Source: Rhynchobatus australiae (lineage: Eukaryota). Taken from it: 64,000 bases of DNA. The DNA is taken from NCBI GenBank assembly GCA_034780895.1, contig JAUZTB010000048.1, positions 21,306,721-21,370,720 on the forward strand, read 5' to 3'. The notes under the pieces are model-generated. The model made no database searches. It was given only the letters and a program-made list of their open reading frames with translations, and had not been told where the DNA came from. The position numbers and the translations under genes were made by a program. Shown in pieces: positions 12,130-25,109 of the stretch. The first letter of the stretch is position 1. Every line of letters begins with the position of its first letter.

Positions 12130-12510
12130 TGATTTTGGACAGAGGGTCAAGTGGAACAACTGCCACTGAGGAACATTTAGGGGACAGTGACCATGGAATT
12201 TATATTGGCCATGGAAATCAACAAACTGTCATGCAGAATAAAACAAATTAATTGGAAAGCCATTTTCAGAGGGTTGAAAACATTTCACCAGGGTAAACTG
12301 GAATCAAATTTTGGTAGACAGAGCTGTAAACAAGCAATGAAGGCCTTTAAATAGATGATGATTTGGATATAAATGATAATGAGGGGCAAGGGTAGAACAA
12401 AAGAGATAGAGTGCAAGATGAAGCAGTAAAAGATGAAATCTGGTGATATCAGGTTGAAAATAAAAAGTGAGAACAATATCAAGTATAGAAAGGCCAAATA
12501 GGAAGTGGAA
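12130..12510 (+). mobile_element. old CR1 endonuclease/linker fragment
   Basis: EEHLGDSDH (12168-12194), followed by an NWKAxF-like linker. Confidence 0.55.
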
Positions 12511-12959
12511 AAGTAAAAGTCATTAATGGCTTGATAGGCTAAGTGGTCTCCTTCTNNNNNNNNNNNNNNNNNNNNNNNNNNNNNNNNNNNNNNNNNNNNN
12601 NNNNNNNNNNNNNNNNNNNNNNNNNNNNNNNNNNNNNNNNNNNNNNNNNNNNNNNNNNNNNNNNNNNNNNNNNNNNNNNNNNNNNNNNNNNNNNNNNNNN
12701 NNNNNNNNNNNNNNNNNNNNNNNNNNNNNNNNNNNNNNNNNNNNNNNNNNNNNNNNNNNNNNNNNNNNNNNNNNNNNNNNNNNNNNNNNNNNNNNNNNNN
12801 NNNNNNNNNNNNNNNNNNNNNNNNNNNNNNNACTGAACACTACATTCAGGGCAGCATTGAAGGTCCCATTGAAAGCCAAAGGAACAGAGGACATAATAGC
12901 ATTTTCCACAGTTCCCCTCCTACATCAAGAAGAGTTAGTTCATCACTCTGACAACCAAG

Positions 12960-13900
12960 GATGAGAGAATAAAAAAAACATTCCTAGAGCAATCTCCTCT
13001 CATATATCAAACTGTAAATAAGACATTTACCCATGACTAAGCATCATGTGCACCACTACCAGCAAACAGATCCCTCAACTCTGCAGAAAAAAAATTCACC
13101 AAACCCTTCCCCATTATACACCACCTGCATCCAAGTTAAAATTTGTTACTCCAAACAGCCCCACTCACAAAACATTCACAATGACCTGCACCACGTTGAT
13201 AAGCTCAGACGTTGCATGTGCAATCTCCCAACAGTCAGAGACCAAAATTAAAATAAAATTATTGTAAAGGTCCACAAAAATAAGGACCCTTGAGAAATGG
13301 AAATGTGGAAACTAGAATTTTAGCTATTGGGCCAAACAAACATTTGGAAGACCCAGGATCATTCAACTGAATGGAATTTTTTCTGTACTTACTCACACCA
13401 AACAGATTTTTGAGCAGATATTGTAATACCCTTCACTATCATGAATTGCAAACACCCACTTCATCTGAAAAAAATGCTTGGCACAATTCACCTTTATCCA
13501 ATCAGCAATTTGAACACCTACTCTCATTGGCTCCTGTTGACTGGAAGTCCCAGCCAGACAAAAATCAGTGTACGTACATCCCACGCAGAAACAGACATTA
13601 TCACACCTCCCTTTGCACATGTTATATCATCAACCCTACCCTCTCCTCCCACCCCAATGAGTACATGAATCAGCCTCATAATGGACCTCAAGGAAAGCTT
13701 CTGTTTCTCTCTGCCAAGCTGTCACTTATGCATCCACAGAACAACTTTAGGTACATACTGCCACTCTTCAACAGTAAATCCCCCTCCCATTCTGAGACAG
13801 ATCACACCTCTTCAGCCCAACCACCAACGTAAAATAGTGCTAAACCGACCCCCAAGCCAACTCTGACTCCGACTCTGCAGGTAAGGAAAAATCTTCTTTC
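12960..13900 (+). mobile_element. possible decayed L1/Tx1-clade LINE C-terminal region
   Basis: A/C-rich strand with peptides YLLTPNRFLSRY and NCK..GTIHLY..LNTY..W, resembling the L1/Tx1 YLTPxRL...C..C..GT..H...W zinc-knuckle region. Confidence 0.3.
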
Positions 13901-14255
13901 CTGTTCACATCATGGTAATGAATGTTGGACCTTAATCAGTCCAGCTCTCCCTTTGACCTAAAGGTCTGGCGTTACCCAAACTTTTTCTATCTACTGGTGC
14001 CTCCTCAACTTTCTCCCTACTTTACTCCTAACTTGTACACTTCCCTGGTCTTTCATCCTGCCCCATCCCTTGCTCTACTTGGTGCACTCTCTCTTTCCTT
14101 TTCTTATCACCCACCAGTCATCCTATCCATTTCTAAGTTGCTCAAGCAAAGATGTTCTCTTTGAGTAATCTCACAGGACATTGCCTAATGCATCCATATG
14201 TATAATGCAGGTTAAATTTTAATATTAAATCAGTTAGGGGTCATCAAAATTTATT

Positions 14256-16370
14256 TTGGAATTGGAATTAGTTTATTATTGTCATTTGTACAGAGGTACA
14301 GTGAAAAACTTGTCTTACATACTGTTCATACAGATCAATTCATTACACAGTGCATTGAGGTAGTATGAGATAGAACAATAACAGAATACAGAATAAAGTG
14401 TAACAGCTACAGAGAAAGTGCAGGGTAGTGGAGGTAGATAATAAGGTACAAGGTTATAACAAGGTCAATTATGAGGTCATCGTACTAGGGAGCCATTCAA
14501 TAGTCTTGCAACAGTGGGATAGAAGCTGTCCTTGAGCCTGATGGTACATGCTTTCAGGCTTTTTTATCTTNNNNNNNNNNNNNNNNNNNNNNNNNNNNNN
14601 NNNNNNNNNNNNNNNNNNNNNNNNNNNNNNNNNNNNNNNNNNNNNNNNNNNNNNNNNNNNNNNNNNNNNNNNNNNNNNNNNNNNNNNNNNNNNNNNNNNN
14701 NNNNNNNNNNNNNNNNNNNNNNNNNNNNNNNNNNNNNNNNNNNNNNNNNNNNNNNNNNNNNNNNNNNNNNNNNNNNNNNNNNNNNNNNNNNNNNNNNNNN
14801 NNNNNNNNNNNNNNNNNNNNNNNNNNNNNNNNNNNNNNNNNNNNNNNNNNNNNNNNNNNNNNNNNNNNNNNNNNNNNNNNNNNNNNNNNNNNNNNNNNNN
14901 NNNNNNNNNNNNNNNNNNNNNNNNNNNNNNNNNNNNNNNNNNNNNNNNNNNNNNNNNNNNNNNNNNNNNNNNNNNNNNNNNNNNNNNNNNNNNNNNNNNN
15001 NNNNNNNNNNNNNNNNNNNNNNNNNNNNNNNNNNNNNNNNNNNNNNNNNNNNNNNNNNNNNNNNNNNNNNNNNNNNNNNNNNNNNNNNNNNNNNNNNNNN
15101 NNNNNNNNNNNNNNNNNNNNNNNNNNNNNNNNNNNNNNNNNNNNNNNNNNNNNNNNNNNNNNNNNNNNNNNNNNNNNNNNNNNNNNNNNNNNNNNNNNNN
15201 NNNNNNNNNNNNNNNNNNNNNNNNNNNNNNNNNNNNNNNNNNNNNNNNNNNNNNNNNNNNNNNNNNNNNNNNNNNNNNNNNNNNNNNNNNNNNNNNNNNN
15301 NNNNNNNNNNNNNNNNNNNNNNNNNNNNNNNNNNNNNNNNNNNNNNNNNNNNNNNNNNNNNNNNNNNNNNNNNNNNNNNNNNNNNNNNNNNNNNNNNNNN
15401 NNNNNNNNNNNNNNNNNNNNNNNNNNNNNATTGGTGTCTTTACTGTCCAGGTGCTGCAGAGATGAGTGTAGAGCTAGGGAGATGATGTCCGCCATAGAAC
15501 TGTTTCAGCCGTAGGTGAATTGCAGTGGGTTGAGGTTGTCTGGGAGGCTGGAGTCAATGTGTGCCATGACCAGCCTCTCGAAGCACTTCATGATGGTGGA
15601 TGTCAGAGCCACTGAACAGTAGTCATTAAGGCACATTACCTTGTTTTTCCTTAGGTAGCGGGATGATAGTGGTCTTCTCAAAGCAGGTGAGAACTTCAAG
15701 CAGGGAGAGATTAAAAATGTCTGCAAAGACCCCCACCAGCTGATTTGCACAGGACCTGAGGACACAGCCAGGGACACCGTCCAGGCCAGATGCTTTCCAC
15801 AGGTTCACTCTTCAGAAGACTGATCTTACAGCTTCAAAGGTGACCATGGGTTCAAGTGCATTGGAGGCTGTCAGGGTGTGTGGTGCTGACATACCAATCC
15901 CCTTCTGTTCAAACCATGCATAGAATGTGTTAAGCTCATTGGGAAGGGAATGAACTGTTGTCCGCGATGCTTCCCAACTTTGTTTTGTAGCCCATTATAG
16001 GATGCAGGCCGTGCCACAACTGACGGCTGGTCTGGGACAGGATTTTGGACTGGTGTTGCTCTTAGCATCTCTGATAGCTTTACGGAGGTCATACCTTGAT
16101 TTCTTATAAGAGGTCATGGTCACTTGATTTGAATGCTGCAGTCCTAGACTTCAGTAGGGAGTGGATCTCCTGCTTCATCCATGGTTTCTGGTTTGGGAAC
16201 ACTCGGATTGTCCTCTTTGGTACACAGTCCTCAATACACTTGCTGATAAAGTCCGTGATGGTGATGACATACTCATCTCGGCTGGCAGCTGAGTCTGAAT
16301 GTGGACCAGTCCACTGACTCAAAGCAGTCATGTAGAAGCTCATCCATTTCCTCAGACCAGCACTGTTATT
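14256..16370 (-). mobile_element. Rex1/Babar LINE remnant
   Basis: DFISKCIEDCVPKRTIRVFPNQKPWM, KASGLDGVPGCVLRSCANQLVGVFADIFNLSL and CLNDYCSVALTSTIMKCFERLV..LNPLQFTY. The tail 'gacaataataaactaattccaattccaa' is at the left end. The core lies in an N gap. Confidence 0.93.
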
Positions 16371-17674
16371 GGATTGGATTATTTATAGCACTGGATTATG
16401 TACAATCCTANNNNNNNNNNNNNNNNNNNNNNNNNNNNNNNNNNNNNNNNNNNNNNNNNNNNNNNNNNNNNNNNNNNNNNNNNNNNNNNNNNNNNNNNNN
16501 NNNNNNNNNNAGAAGCTCATCCATTTCCTCAGACCAGCACTGTTATTGGATTGGATTATTTACAGCACTGGATTATGTACAATCCTAGTTATTTTATAGA
16601 AGCAATTCGTGGTAATAAATACTTAAAGATTACTACCAAAAGTGATCGAATTGCTGAGAGAATTGAAGAACAACCCATTGATCTCAGAAATACAAGTTCA
16701 AAAATTTGATGAAGTAAAAATACAAAGATATAATGAAAAAGTATCTTTAATTAATCCATACATGCACTGTACTATTGATGCATTCTTCTCCTAATTATAC
16801 TGGGTAGTTTCATCGCCAGGCTGGCGAAAATAATGAATGCAAAGCAACCTCCTGCTTGCACAAATCTCCCCACTGGTTCTAACCTGTGGAACCACTTGGC
16901 TTCTGCTGATCTTTTATCACATCTGCTAAGCATTGTAGCAGAAGGAAACAGATGTCAAATCCTATTTTCATCAACATCTTTAACAGTTCAACCTGGAAGT
17001 TGGATTTCATTTGAATCAAGTTAATAAAATCCTAACATCCTTCAATCTCTTACAGCAAGGAATAAAAGTGAAACAATACACTGAGTCAACTCCTATTTAC
17101 TACTCCAAATGAGATATCAAATGAAATGTGTTTGGATTGCTTCAAACCTATACTGCAAAATATTTAATTCTGATACCAAATGCACAGGTTCCAGGATTGC
17201 ACGCAAAACACTTATCTGAGAAATCAGTTAGTCAATCGTCATCAATCTCATGTNNNNNNNNNNNNNNNNNNNNNNNNNNNNNNNNNNNNNNNNNNNNNNN
17301 NNNNNNNNNNNNNNNNNNNNNNNNNNNNNNNNNNNNNNNNNNNNNNNNNNNNNTCATGGGGTGCTAAGACCAGGTATATGTTCCTGGAAATTCAATTGTA
17401 TAACGCTGTCTTTTCTTCCCCACCATAGCACAATTGAAAAAGAATCGATCGATTCCTTGCTGGAGTGAAACACAAGTTTTATCCAGACACTCCCAGGCAC
17501 AAGTCATCCTTATCTCCCTGGCATGATTTCTGCAGCAAAGACTCATGGCACGATGCAAGTTCTTTGCAAGTTTCCCATTAGGAAATTTTAGGGGAATTTA
17601 GACCACATTAAACAATAAAGTTGAACCTTTTCAATAACCCTTGCACCCACATGCAGTGCATTTCTCTGTAACTG

Positions 17675-17800
17675 TGACCCTACATTCTGCTTTCAGTTTT
17701 GCAATACCTTAACGTACTTGCATATGGAATGATCTGTCTGGATGGCACACAAAGTTTACACTGTAACTCAGTACATGTGACAATAATAAACCAATTACCA
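17675..17800 (+). mobile_element. Rex1/Babar 3' end fragment
   Basis: 'tttacactgtaactcagtacatgtgacaataataaaccaattacca' matches the Rex1 3' ends at 9.44k and 14.26k in the opposite orientation. Confidence 0.75.
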
Positions 17801-20800
17801 TTATTCGCAGGGGTGGGGAGGCACTCAGTGATGGCCACTCCTGGGACAATGTGGTCTTTACACCACAGCACTAACCTAAAAGGACAATAAAATTATATCT
17901 ACAGCTTAGGTTTTCCCAACAACCCCTCCCTCAACAGCCCACACATTCTCCAATCTGCCACCTGACATCCCCCCCAAACTGTAGATCCTCTGAACCTACA
18001 ATCTCCTGAATCCCTGTCCAAATTTGTCACTGGTCTCAACCCCCACTATCCCATAACTAACACATTTCCAATCTCCTACTCATAAGATTCACCAAACTCT
18101 GCTGGTCCTTTCCCTTTTTTTGCTAGCCCCCACCCACAACACCCCACTTCTCTCTCGATCCTCAGTCATCTGCAATTTAGTCTCCCTGCAAGTGAAGCTC
18201 AATTAAAAATATAGTTCAGGATTAATAGTATCAGATTTTAAAATACAAAATAATACATTGGTAACATAATTCATTTCATCTGATGCTTATAATTAAGATA
18301 GGCAGAGCTGAAGTTAATTAAGTGTATTATATTAAAATACAAAATTAGTATGCAATTTAGGATAAAGTAAAAAAACAAGATTGCAACACACAACCAAAGT
18401 AAGTTTGATAAAGTGGAATACAGCTGGACTATTTTGGCAATTGCATTTGTTTCTGGATGAGTAATAAATTAACCCTCATACATAATTAATTACAAGTGTG
18501 CTCATTTTACACAAAACCATTTTTCCTTTATTCATACATCTCCAATGTTAAGAGTTTTATACTTTACATGTTTTTTTAACTAAGGGAATACTCCTTATGA
18601 ATCTTCAATTTTCAGGAATTCTTTTAGTTGAAGTTAAACATGACTATTAGTTTTTCAAAACACTGCTTAGATCTTTGCATTTGCTAATTGACTGGAGTTG
18701 TTAAATCGGTGACTGCTCACAGCTGCTTTGCTTAATATCGTTACGTGGTGTTTAAATCCTGGAAGTACTTGATATCCTGTTAAATCTCAATCATCTCTTT
18801 ACTGTCCAGTACACCAGTCCAAGTGATTGCCTTCTTAATTGTCAGTGGGCTATTACTTGTCAATGGCAACTCAGCAAGGCTGAATCCTAACCTTATCCAA
18901 TGCCTGCATGGTACATCTCCAGTGGAGATTATTGCATACTGACTCCTGGCACTGGGCCCAGGTTTTGAACTATTAACACTACATGGTTGAGGCAACACCA
19001 GACCTGAAAATGTTTATTAATAAGCATATGAAACCAAGCTGCTTTAAAACTAAAGCAGAAAATCCTTGAAATACCCAGCAGGTTAATGAGCAGATTACCT
19101 TTTTCCATATGGTTTAGATCATATGAGTAGTTTATTGTAACTAGTTGATGAACTTACCTGTTTAACAAGAGTTATATTGACAGTACACAGGTCTCAGGTA
19201 AAGTTAGTCACTTTCATTTATACTCACTAATTACTTATCTATGCCACTGCACACACTATATCACAAAATATGGGTCCTCTTAGCACCCTTGTGTTATTTT
19301 CCCATCTTTGTTCCCAGCTTAGGTACACACCAGAACACTTTAGAAGCTACATATAAAGTTAAAATCAATATTTTTTCTTCAAATCCAAGCTGAGATATAT
19401 GGAAATTAATCTCACATCCTGATTTAAGGAATAGTATGACACACAGTCTCTGCCAACAAAATTCAAGTAGCACAAACAAGCAACTATTTATCTCACCTGA
19501 AACTCAGCACACCTGTTGAATCTAGGTTCCCTGTCAATTGTGATCATATCCAATGAAATAGAACTGAAATGCCTGACTTTCAACAGGGTTTCAAAGGATC
19601 AAGGCCTGTTTATAGGTCAAAGGTTGGGTAACGGTGTCATAAATTACTTGCTGGATCTGGCTCAGAAACAATGGGACTAAATCAATAGGACTAAAATGTC
19701 AACAGATGTATACAGCAACATGGTGTACCATAACTCAGTTAATAGATTCCAAGTAGTGATTATTAATAAACAAACAGATCACTGCCTTCACCTCAGCGAA
19801 TGTCAGAACGTCTTATCTTCCTGAAGTTGTAATATCCTATTCTGGTCCAAATGATGTTCAAGGAAAATCAGCGAGACAGCAAATTGTAAATGAATTGCCC
19901 CTCTGTGCATTATTATAATCAGATATTCCAAGATGTCTTTTCATTGTGTGTGTACCATCCCTGCTTTCCAAAGTAATCCGCTTCATTTTGGAAAGTCACT
20001 TCATTTAATCAACCAATTAAATATTGATATGCTTCACAGCTTGAAATCCACCTACTTAAGAAATTGCACTCCATAAGATTTTAATTGGGACTAAATATCA
20101 ACCAGAATGCAAAGCAAAAAGGAGATTAATTTGCATTCAGGATGAAATATCAAACAGCGAAAATCTGCACTGTCTGCAAGAGGGAAACTGTTACTCATCC
20201 AAAGGGTTAGTTAATTTAAATAGAAATAATCTTACTCAAGACTTAATTGCTCTCTCTGTATTCTCTTGAATTCCCATTGTCCCTTGGTATCTATCTGCTT
20301 AGTAACAGACATAATTAATTCAATTCTATACGAACAAAGAATAATGTAATCCTGATTATTATGCTTCATTGTCCTCAACATGGAAAAGAAGGGTGATTAC
20401 AGTCTAGGTTATAAATTTTACTGGAAAATCTTAGCCCAAAGATACCAAAAACAAGCATCCTGGTAGAGATGTGTGTGTTTTTGTTCATTTCTACGTCATT
20501 GAGTTTATCTTCCCAAGAGATAGGAGATGAAGTTAGGTCAGTTTTCCTGATGGTGACTGTAACAGATAAATTTATTCAGTTTTTTTTTTAATCATTGATT
20601 AATTATGTATTGCAGCTGTAAGCACAATGAGTGTGTGATACGTTTAGTCAATTAGTTTCCTGTACTGTTATAATACAACCTCAAAATACTGTACGGCCAT
20701 TGCCCATATTCTTTACAATGTGAAATGATTTAATCACAGTTGGTATACCTGTGACTACAAATGTTCACACACACAAATGNNNNNNNNNNNNNNNNNNNNN

Positions 20801-20879
20801 NNNNNNNNNNNNNNNNNNNNNNNNNNNNNNNNNNNNNNNNNNNNNNNNNNNNNNNNNNNNNNNNNNNNNNNNNNNNNNN

Positions 20880-20945
20880 GGGGGAAGGGGAGGTGGGAGG
20901 TGGGGGGGGGAAGGGGAGGTGGGAGGTTGGGGAAGAGGTGTGGGT
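20880..20945 (+). repeat. G-rich low-complexity repeat
   Basis: GGGGAAGGGGAGGTGGGAGGT occurs twice, adjacent to an N gap. Confidence 0.7.
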
Positions 20946-21487
20946 GGTGGTGTACAATACACTGAAATGAAAGTGACTGAAACATTCATTACAATTATTT
21001 AAACTATCTTAAATTATCTTTATAAGACATCACAACTCTTCCAGGCATTTTAGTGCAAATAATTTGGCTTAAAAAACTCTTTCCCTACCCACTCACTGAA
21101 AACATATAATTGTTCAGTACCCTTGTTAAAGTCACAATGCTTTTCTTTAACCGGTAGAAAGTCAGTGTACCCAACTCAGCTTATAACCACCACACAATTC
21201 ATTACCATCAAGTTCCGTACAAAAGTATCCCAATTACCTATCTTGCAAGCAGCCATAACCTACAACTTTGCTTTGGCACAGAAAGTGAAGGGCCTTGCAA
21301 AAAAAAAGTTGTTTGCATATTCATAAGTTTTATTCACTACTTCTCACAGAAAATGCAGGCAATTCATAATTTCCTAGCATGGTGATAATAAATGGCATTT
21401 GTTGTTATTAATGTTTAATTCACTCAGTATGGGCATCAACCTCCACCATTTCAATTACATTCTTTCTGGGCTGAAGAACTTGATTAG

Positions 21488-21540
21488 CATTTCAGGAATA
21501 TCAATTTTTTGATATTCCTGAAATGTAGATTTCAGGAATA
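21488..21540. repeat. perfect 17-bp inverted repeat with a third partial copy
   Basis: CATTTCAGGAATATCAA-tttt-TTGATATTCCTGAAATG (21488-21525), then ATTTCAGGAATA again at 21529-21540. Confidence 0.9.
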
Positions 21541-22636
21541 AAGTAGATCTTTGTTTTTTTTTAAGTATTGTTCCTAACTTTCCACAGTGAGTTAAAAAGG
21601 CTGCTCTTGAGAAATGCAGCTTAAACTTCATGAGGAATTTGAGGGGGAACCACTTTTGCTATCAAGCACATCAATTAATGTTGATTCTCAATTCACAATA
21701 TATCTCTTCCTGGCCACAATTCACTGGATGAATTAAACATTAATAACAATAATTGTCATCCATTATCACTCTGTTAGGAAATTTTGAATTATTGGAACTA
21801 GGAAAGAAATATAAATATGACCTAACCATGCTGTCTCATAACTGGCCCAGTCTAAGTTCAATAATTTTCCTCAAGTTACTTGGTTTTCAGTTTTTGTTCC
21901 TGAAGTGGTAAAAATACAATAAATTTGAAAGTAGAAGAGGCATGTACTGGAAATAAACTCACATTTTTCTTTCACTTTACTTTTAGTCTAAATTGGAATG
22001 GCATAGAAATGCACAGTGATAATTCTAATAGGTGTAATTCATCACCACTTTAAACAAATTATTCCTCCAATAACTTATCCTGAAAATTAATTTAGATCTG
22101 AATAGACTACTTCACTGGTGAAAGTTCATTCCAGGCATCCTTTTGATATTACTAAAGAGTGCAATTCTTCTGCAGGAATTATTGTCTCCTATTTTATGAA
22201 ATCATAGTTACAAGAGAAAGAAGGCACACAACCAATTGAATGTGTGAATTAGGTTCCTTTGAAGAGCATTCTAATTTGTTCCATTTCTCTCCTCTATTTT
22301 CATGTTATAACAATGTTCTTTCTCTTCATTTCTTGTTGAGAGCTACTTTCAGACTGTCCATTCCAAGTCATTTGAAAAAATCTTCATGTTATCTTTCCTA
22401 TTTTGGAAAGAACTTTAAACCTTTGCCCACTAGTTATCAACTTTTCTACTTCTGGGGGGAAAAATCTCTATATTTACACTTTCTAAACCCTTCACGATTT
22501 TAAATGTTTTTATCAAATCAATCAATAGCCTTCACATAATCAATGAAACAAGATATTTTATTGGTAATACAGAAGTTATTGGTGGAAACTGGTGTTATTT
22601 TATTGTTTTTTTGTTAGAAAATGACACCAGCAGGAT

Positions 22637-22932
22637 CAGTAATGGAAACTGACTCATGTGCAGAACTAATAATGGAAACTGGCAGCACACCGGCTCTAAT
22701 AATAGACTGCCACTTAAATAAGAGTCCAATAATGAAAAATGAAGCTCACATAGGGAGTAATAATGAAAACCAACATTAAAATGAGAACCAATATTACATC
22801 TGATACCTACACAGGAGCTATTACTGGCAACTGATACTGACATGGAGGGTAGAGTTGGAAAGTTGTACCCACATTGCAGCTAATAAGGAAACTGCTAATT
22901 CCAGTAATGCAAACTGATATCTACACATGAAC
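22637..22932. repeat. diverged ~30-31 bp minisatellite (~10 units)
   Basis: Units begin (t/c)aataatg(g/a)aaact-like, e.g. taataatggaaactggcagcacaccggctc / caataatgaaaaatgaagctcacatagggag / tattactggcaactgatactgacatggaggg. Confidence 0.7.
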
Positions 22933-22964
22933 CAACCTGATGCTTGTACAAAGAACAATAACCA

Positions 22965-23425
22965 CAGAAAAAAATAGGAGCAGGAGTCAGTCACTCAGCC
23001 CCTCAAGCCTGCTCCATCATTTAATGAGATCATGGGTGATGATCCCCTTTCAATCCCCTTTCACTCTTTTAATCTCAAATAGATACAAATTTAGCCTCCC
23101 TAATCTTACCTTGTTAGATAACTCATCCATTTCAGGTATTAGTTCTCTGAACTGCTTCCAATGCATTAACATTCTTATACACAATTCCCCAGATGTTCTC
23201 ACCAGTGCCCCATATTACTGAAGCATAACCTCCTTACTTTTGTATTCAATTCCCCTAGCAACATACAAACAGCCTCTGTTAGTTTTCCTAATTGATGTAC
23301 CTGCTTATGAGCCTTTTGCAAAGCCCACACTGGAAGATTCTTCTGCATTGCAAAGCTCTGCAAGCTCTCACCTCTTAGATAATAGGCTTCTCTTTAGTGT
23401 TTGTTTTTGTCGAAATGGACAATCT
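22965..23425 (-). mobile_element. CR1 LINE 3' fragment
   Basis: 3' terminus 'aggagcaggagtcagtcactcagcccctcaagcctgctccatcatttaatgagatcatgg', the same family as the copy at 61.95k. Confidence 0.75.
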
Positions 23426-25109
23426 AACAGGGAAATGCCACCCATTCACCTTCAGCTGTTCAACATGTCTGACTTGAGTTTTCACACCATGGCTCAGTGA
23501 GTGAACTAACAGTGTGGCTCAGGAGAAAGCATGAAAAGAAAAGCAATGAAAAGGGAAGTATAGAAACAGTCACTATTACACAGACTTTTACCAGAGTGGT
23601 TTTGATGGTATGGACAGAACTTTGACCAGGTATCATCAAATATGGAGTGGAGAGCTGGACAGGTTCTCATAAAAAGACAATCTGAGGATCCCAAAGAGAA
23701 AGATTTATGCAGTGGTATTAGCTGGCGAGGACTGGCTGAGGAGTGACTGTAAATTTTTCTTAATAATTGACTGTTGAAGTGGTTGAAATGCTCTTTCTTC
23801 CTCAGTCAATGATTTCCACTTTAGAGGAAGGAAAATATTTTTATTCTTGTTGATTCCTGCAATGAAATCTTTCACAATCACATGGTGAGAACAAAATATT
23901 AGGTCCCAGAGGGCAAGATACATTAAGTAAGAAAAGATTGCGTGCAGAAAGCTCGAATTCTCTTTTCAATATGATTGCCAAAACCCAACCATCTGTAATA
24001 TATTCACAGCAAAACATACCACTGGCTGAGTGTAGTCAGACTTAAAAAGCACAGTTTGCTGACATGGCAGCACAATAATCTTTTACAGTTAAAGAGAAAC
24101 ATTATACATAATATACTGTCATTGGTGCTGTTTTCTCTTGAACTATTTTAAATATCGTATTTCAAATATGTGGTCAATTTGCCTCTATCTGTAAAGCTAC
24201 AATGGACAGTTATCACTGAATGATCTTTGCATGTGGTACTCTGACTGGATGAGCCCATCTTGTTCAAACACAATGAGGACTGACAGACCTAGTCAAGAAC
24301 ATCTTCTCTGTACTCTTGTCCAAAAGATGGGCAAGGTGAGGGCATTGACATCACCCCTGTACTAATTAACAAGTGGTCCAAGCCATTTAAAAGCCTCAAG
24401 TCTCATTTCCACCCTGACAGATAGAGCCATGGAATAGGAGAGAGATGGATAACCCCAGATTTGTGAATGGGCTGACTTCAGCACAGGATATTTAGAAAGG
24501 TTAAAGATGGATGTATTCAGAATCTATCTGTTACATACGCATCTGTCTGCTAATAAGATTACTTTTTAAATTGCCCATTAATTGTTTAATTGTCCACCAT
24601 CATTCAGAGGGTGGATATGTCAGAAATGCAGAGCTCTGATCTGCTCTGCTTACTTTGGGAATATTTATTTTTCCCTAAACTACGCATGTCCTGCTATTTT
24701 GCAGCTTCACAGATGCTGCCTCATCATTGGGTATGTCTAGTGCTCTGCCAGTCATGCTGTTTTGAATTCCTGTCAGAATCAAGGTTAGTCCCCTGGTATT
24801 AAAGGTAATGGTAAAATGAGGAAGACACCAGGTCATGAGATTACAGTTTGTAATTTGATACATTCTGCTGCAGCTGCTGGACTACAATATCCAGTTTTGA
24901 CCTACTGGATTGGCTCTGAATGTATCCCATTTATTATGATGGAATCGTCATTGCTAGAGGAGTCCTTGATGTGACAATGAGAGTTTATCTCCATCAGTTC
25001 TATGCAGCAGTCATTTCAATGCGCCAAACAACTGCTAATATATGGATTGGGAGGAGAAATAAGTCATCCAACTTCAAGACTGCACCGTCATTTAAGAAAA
25101 TCAAAGCTG

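Noticed and set aside
16334-16587. 77-bp direct repeat flanking a gap
   Set aside because: Two near-identical copies (one mismatch) on either side of an exactly 100-N gap. This is typical of unmerged contig overlap or alleles.
22637-22932. CRISPR-like repeat/spacer appearance
   Set aside because: Eukaryotic context, repeats not identical, 'spacers' related to each other, and no cas genes.
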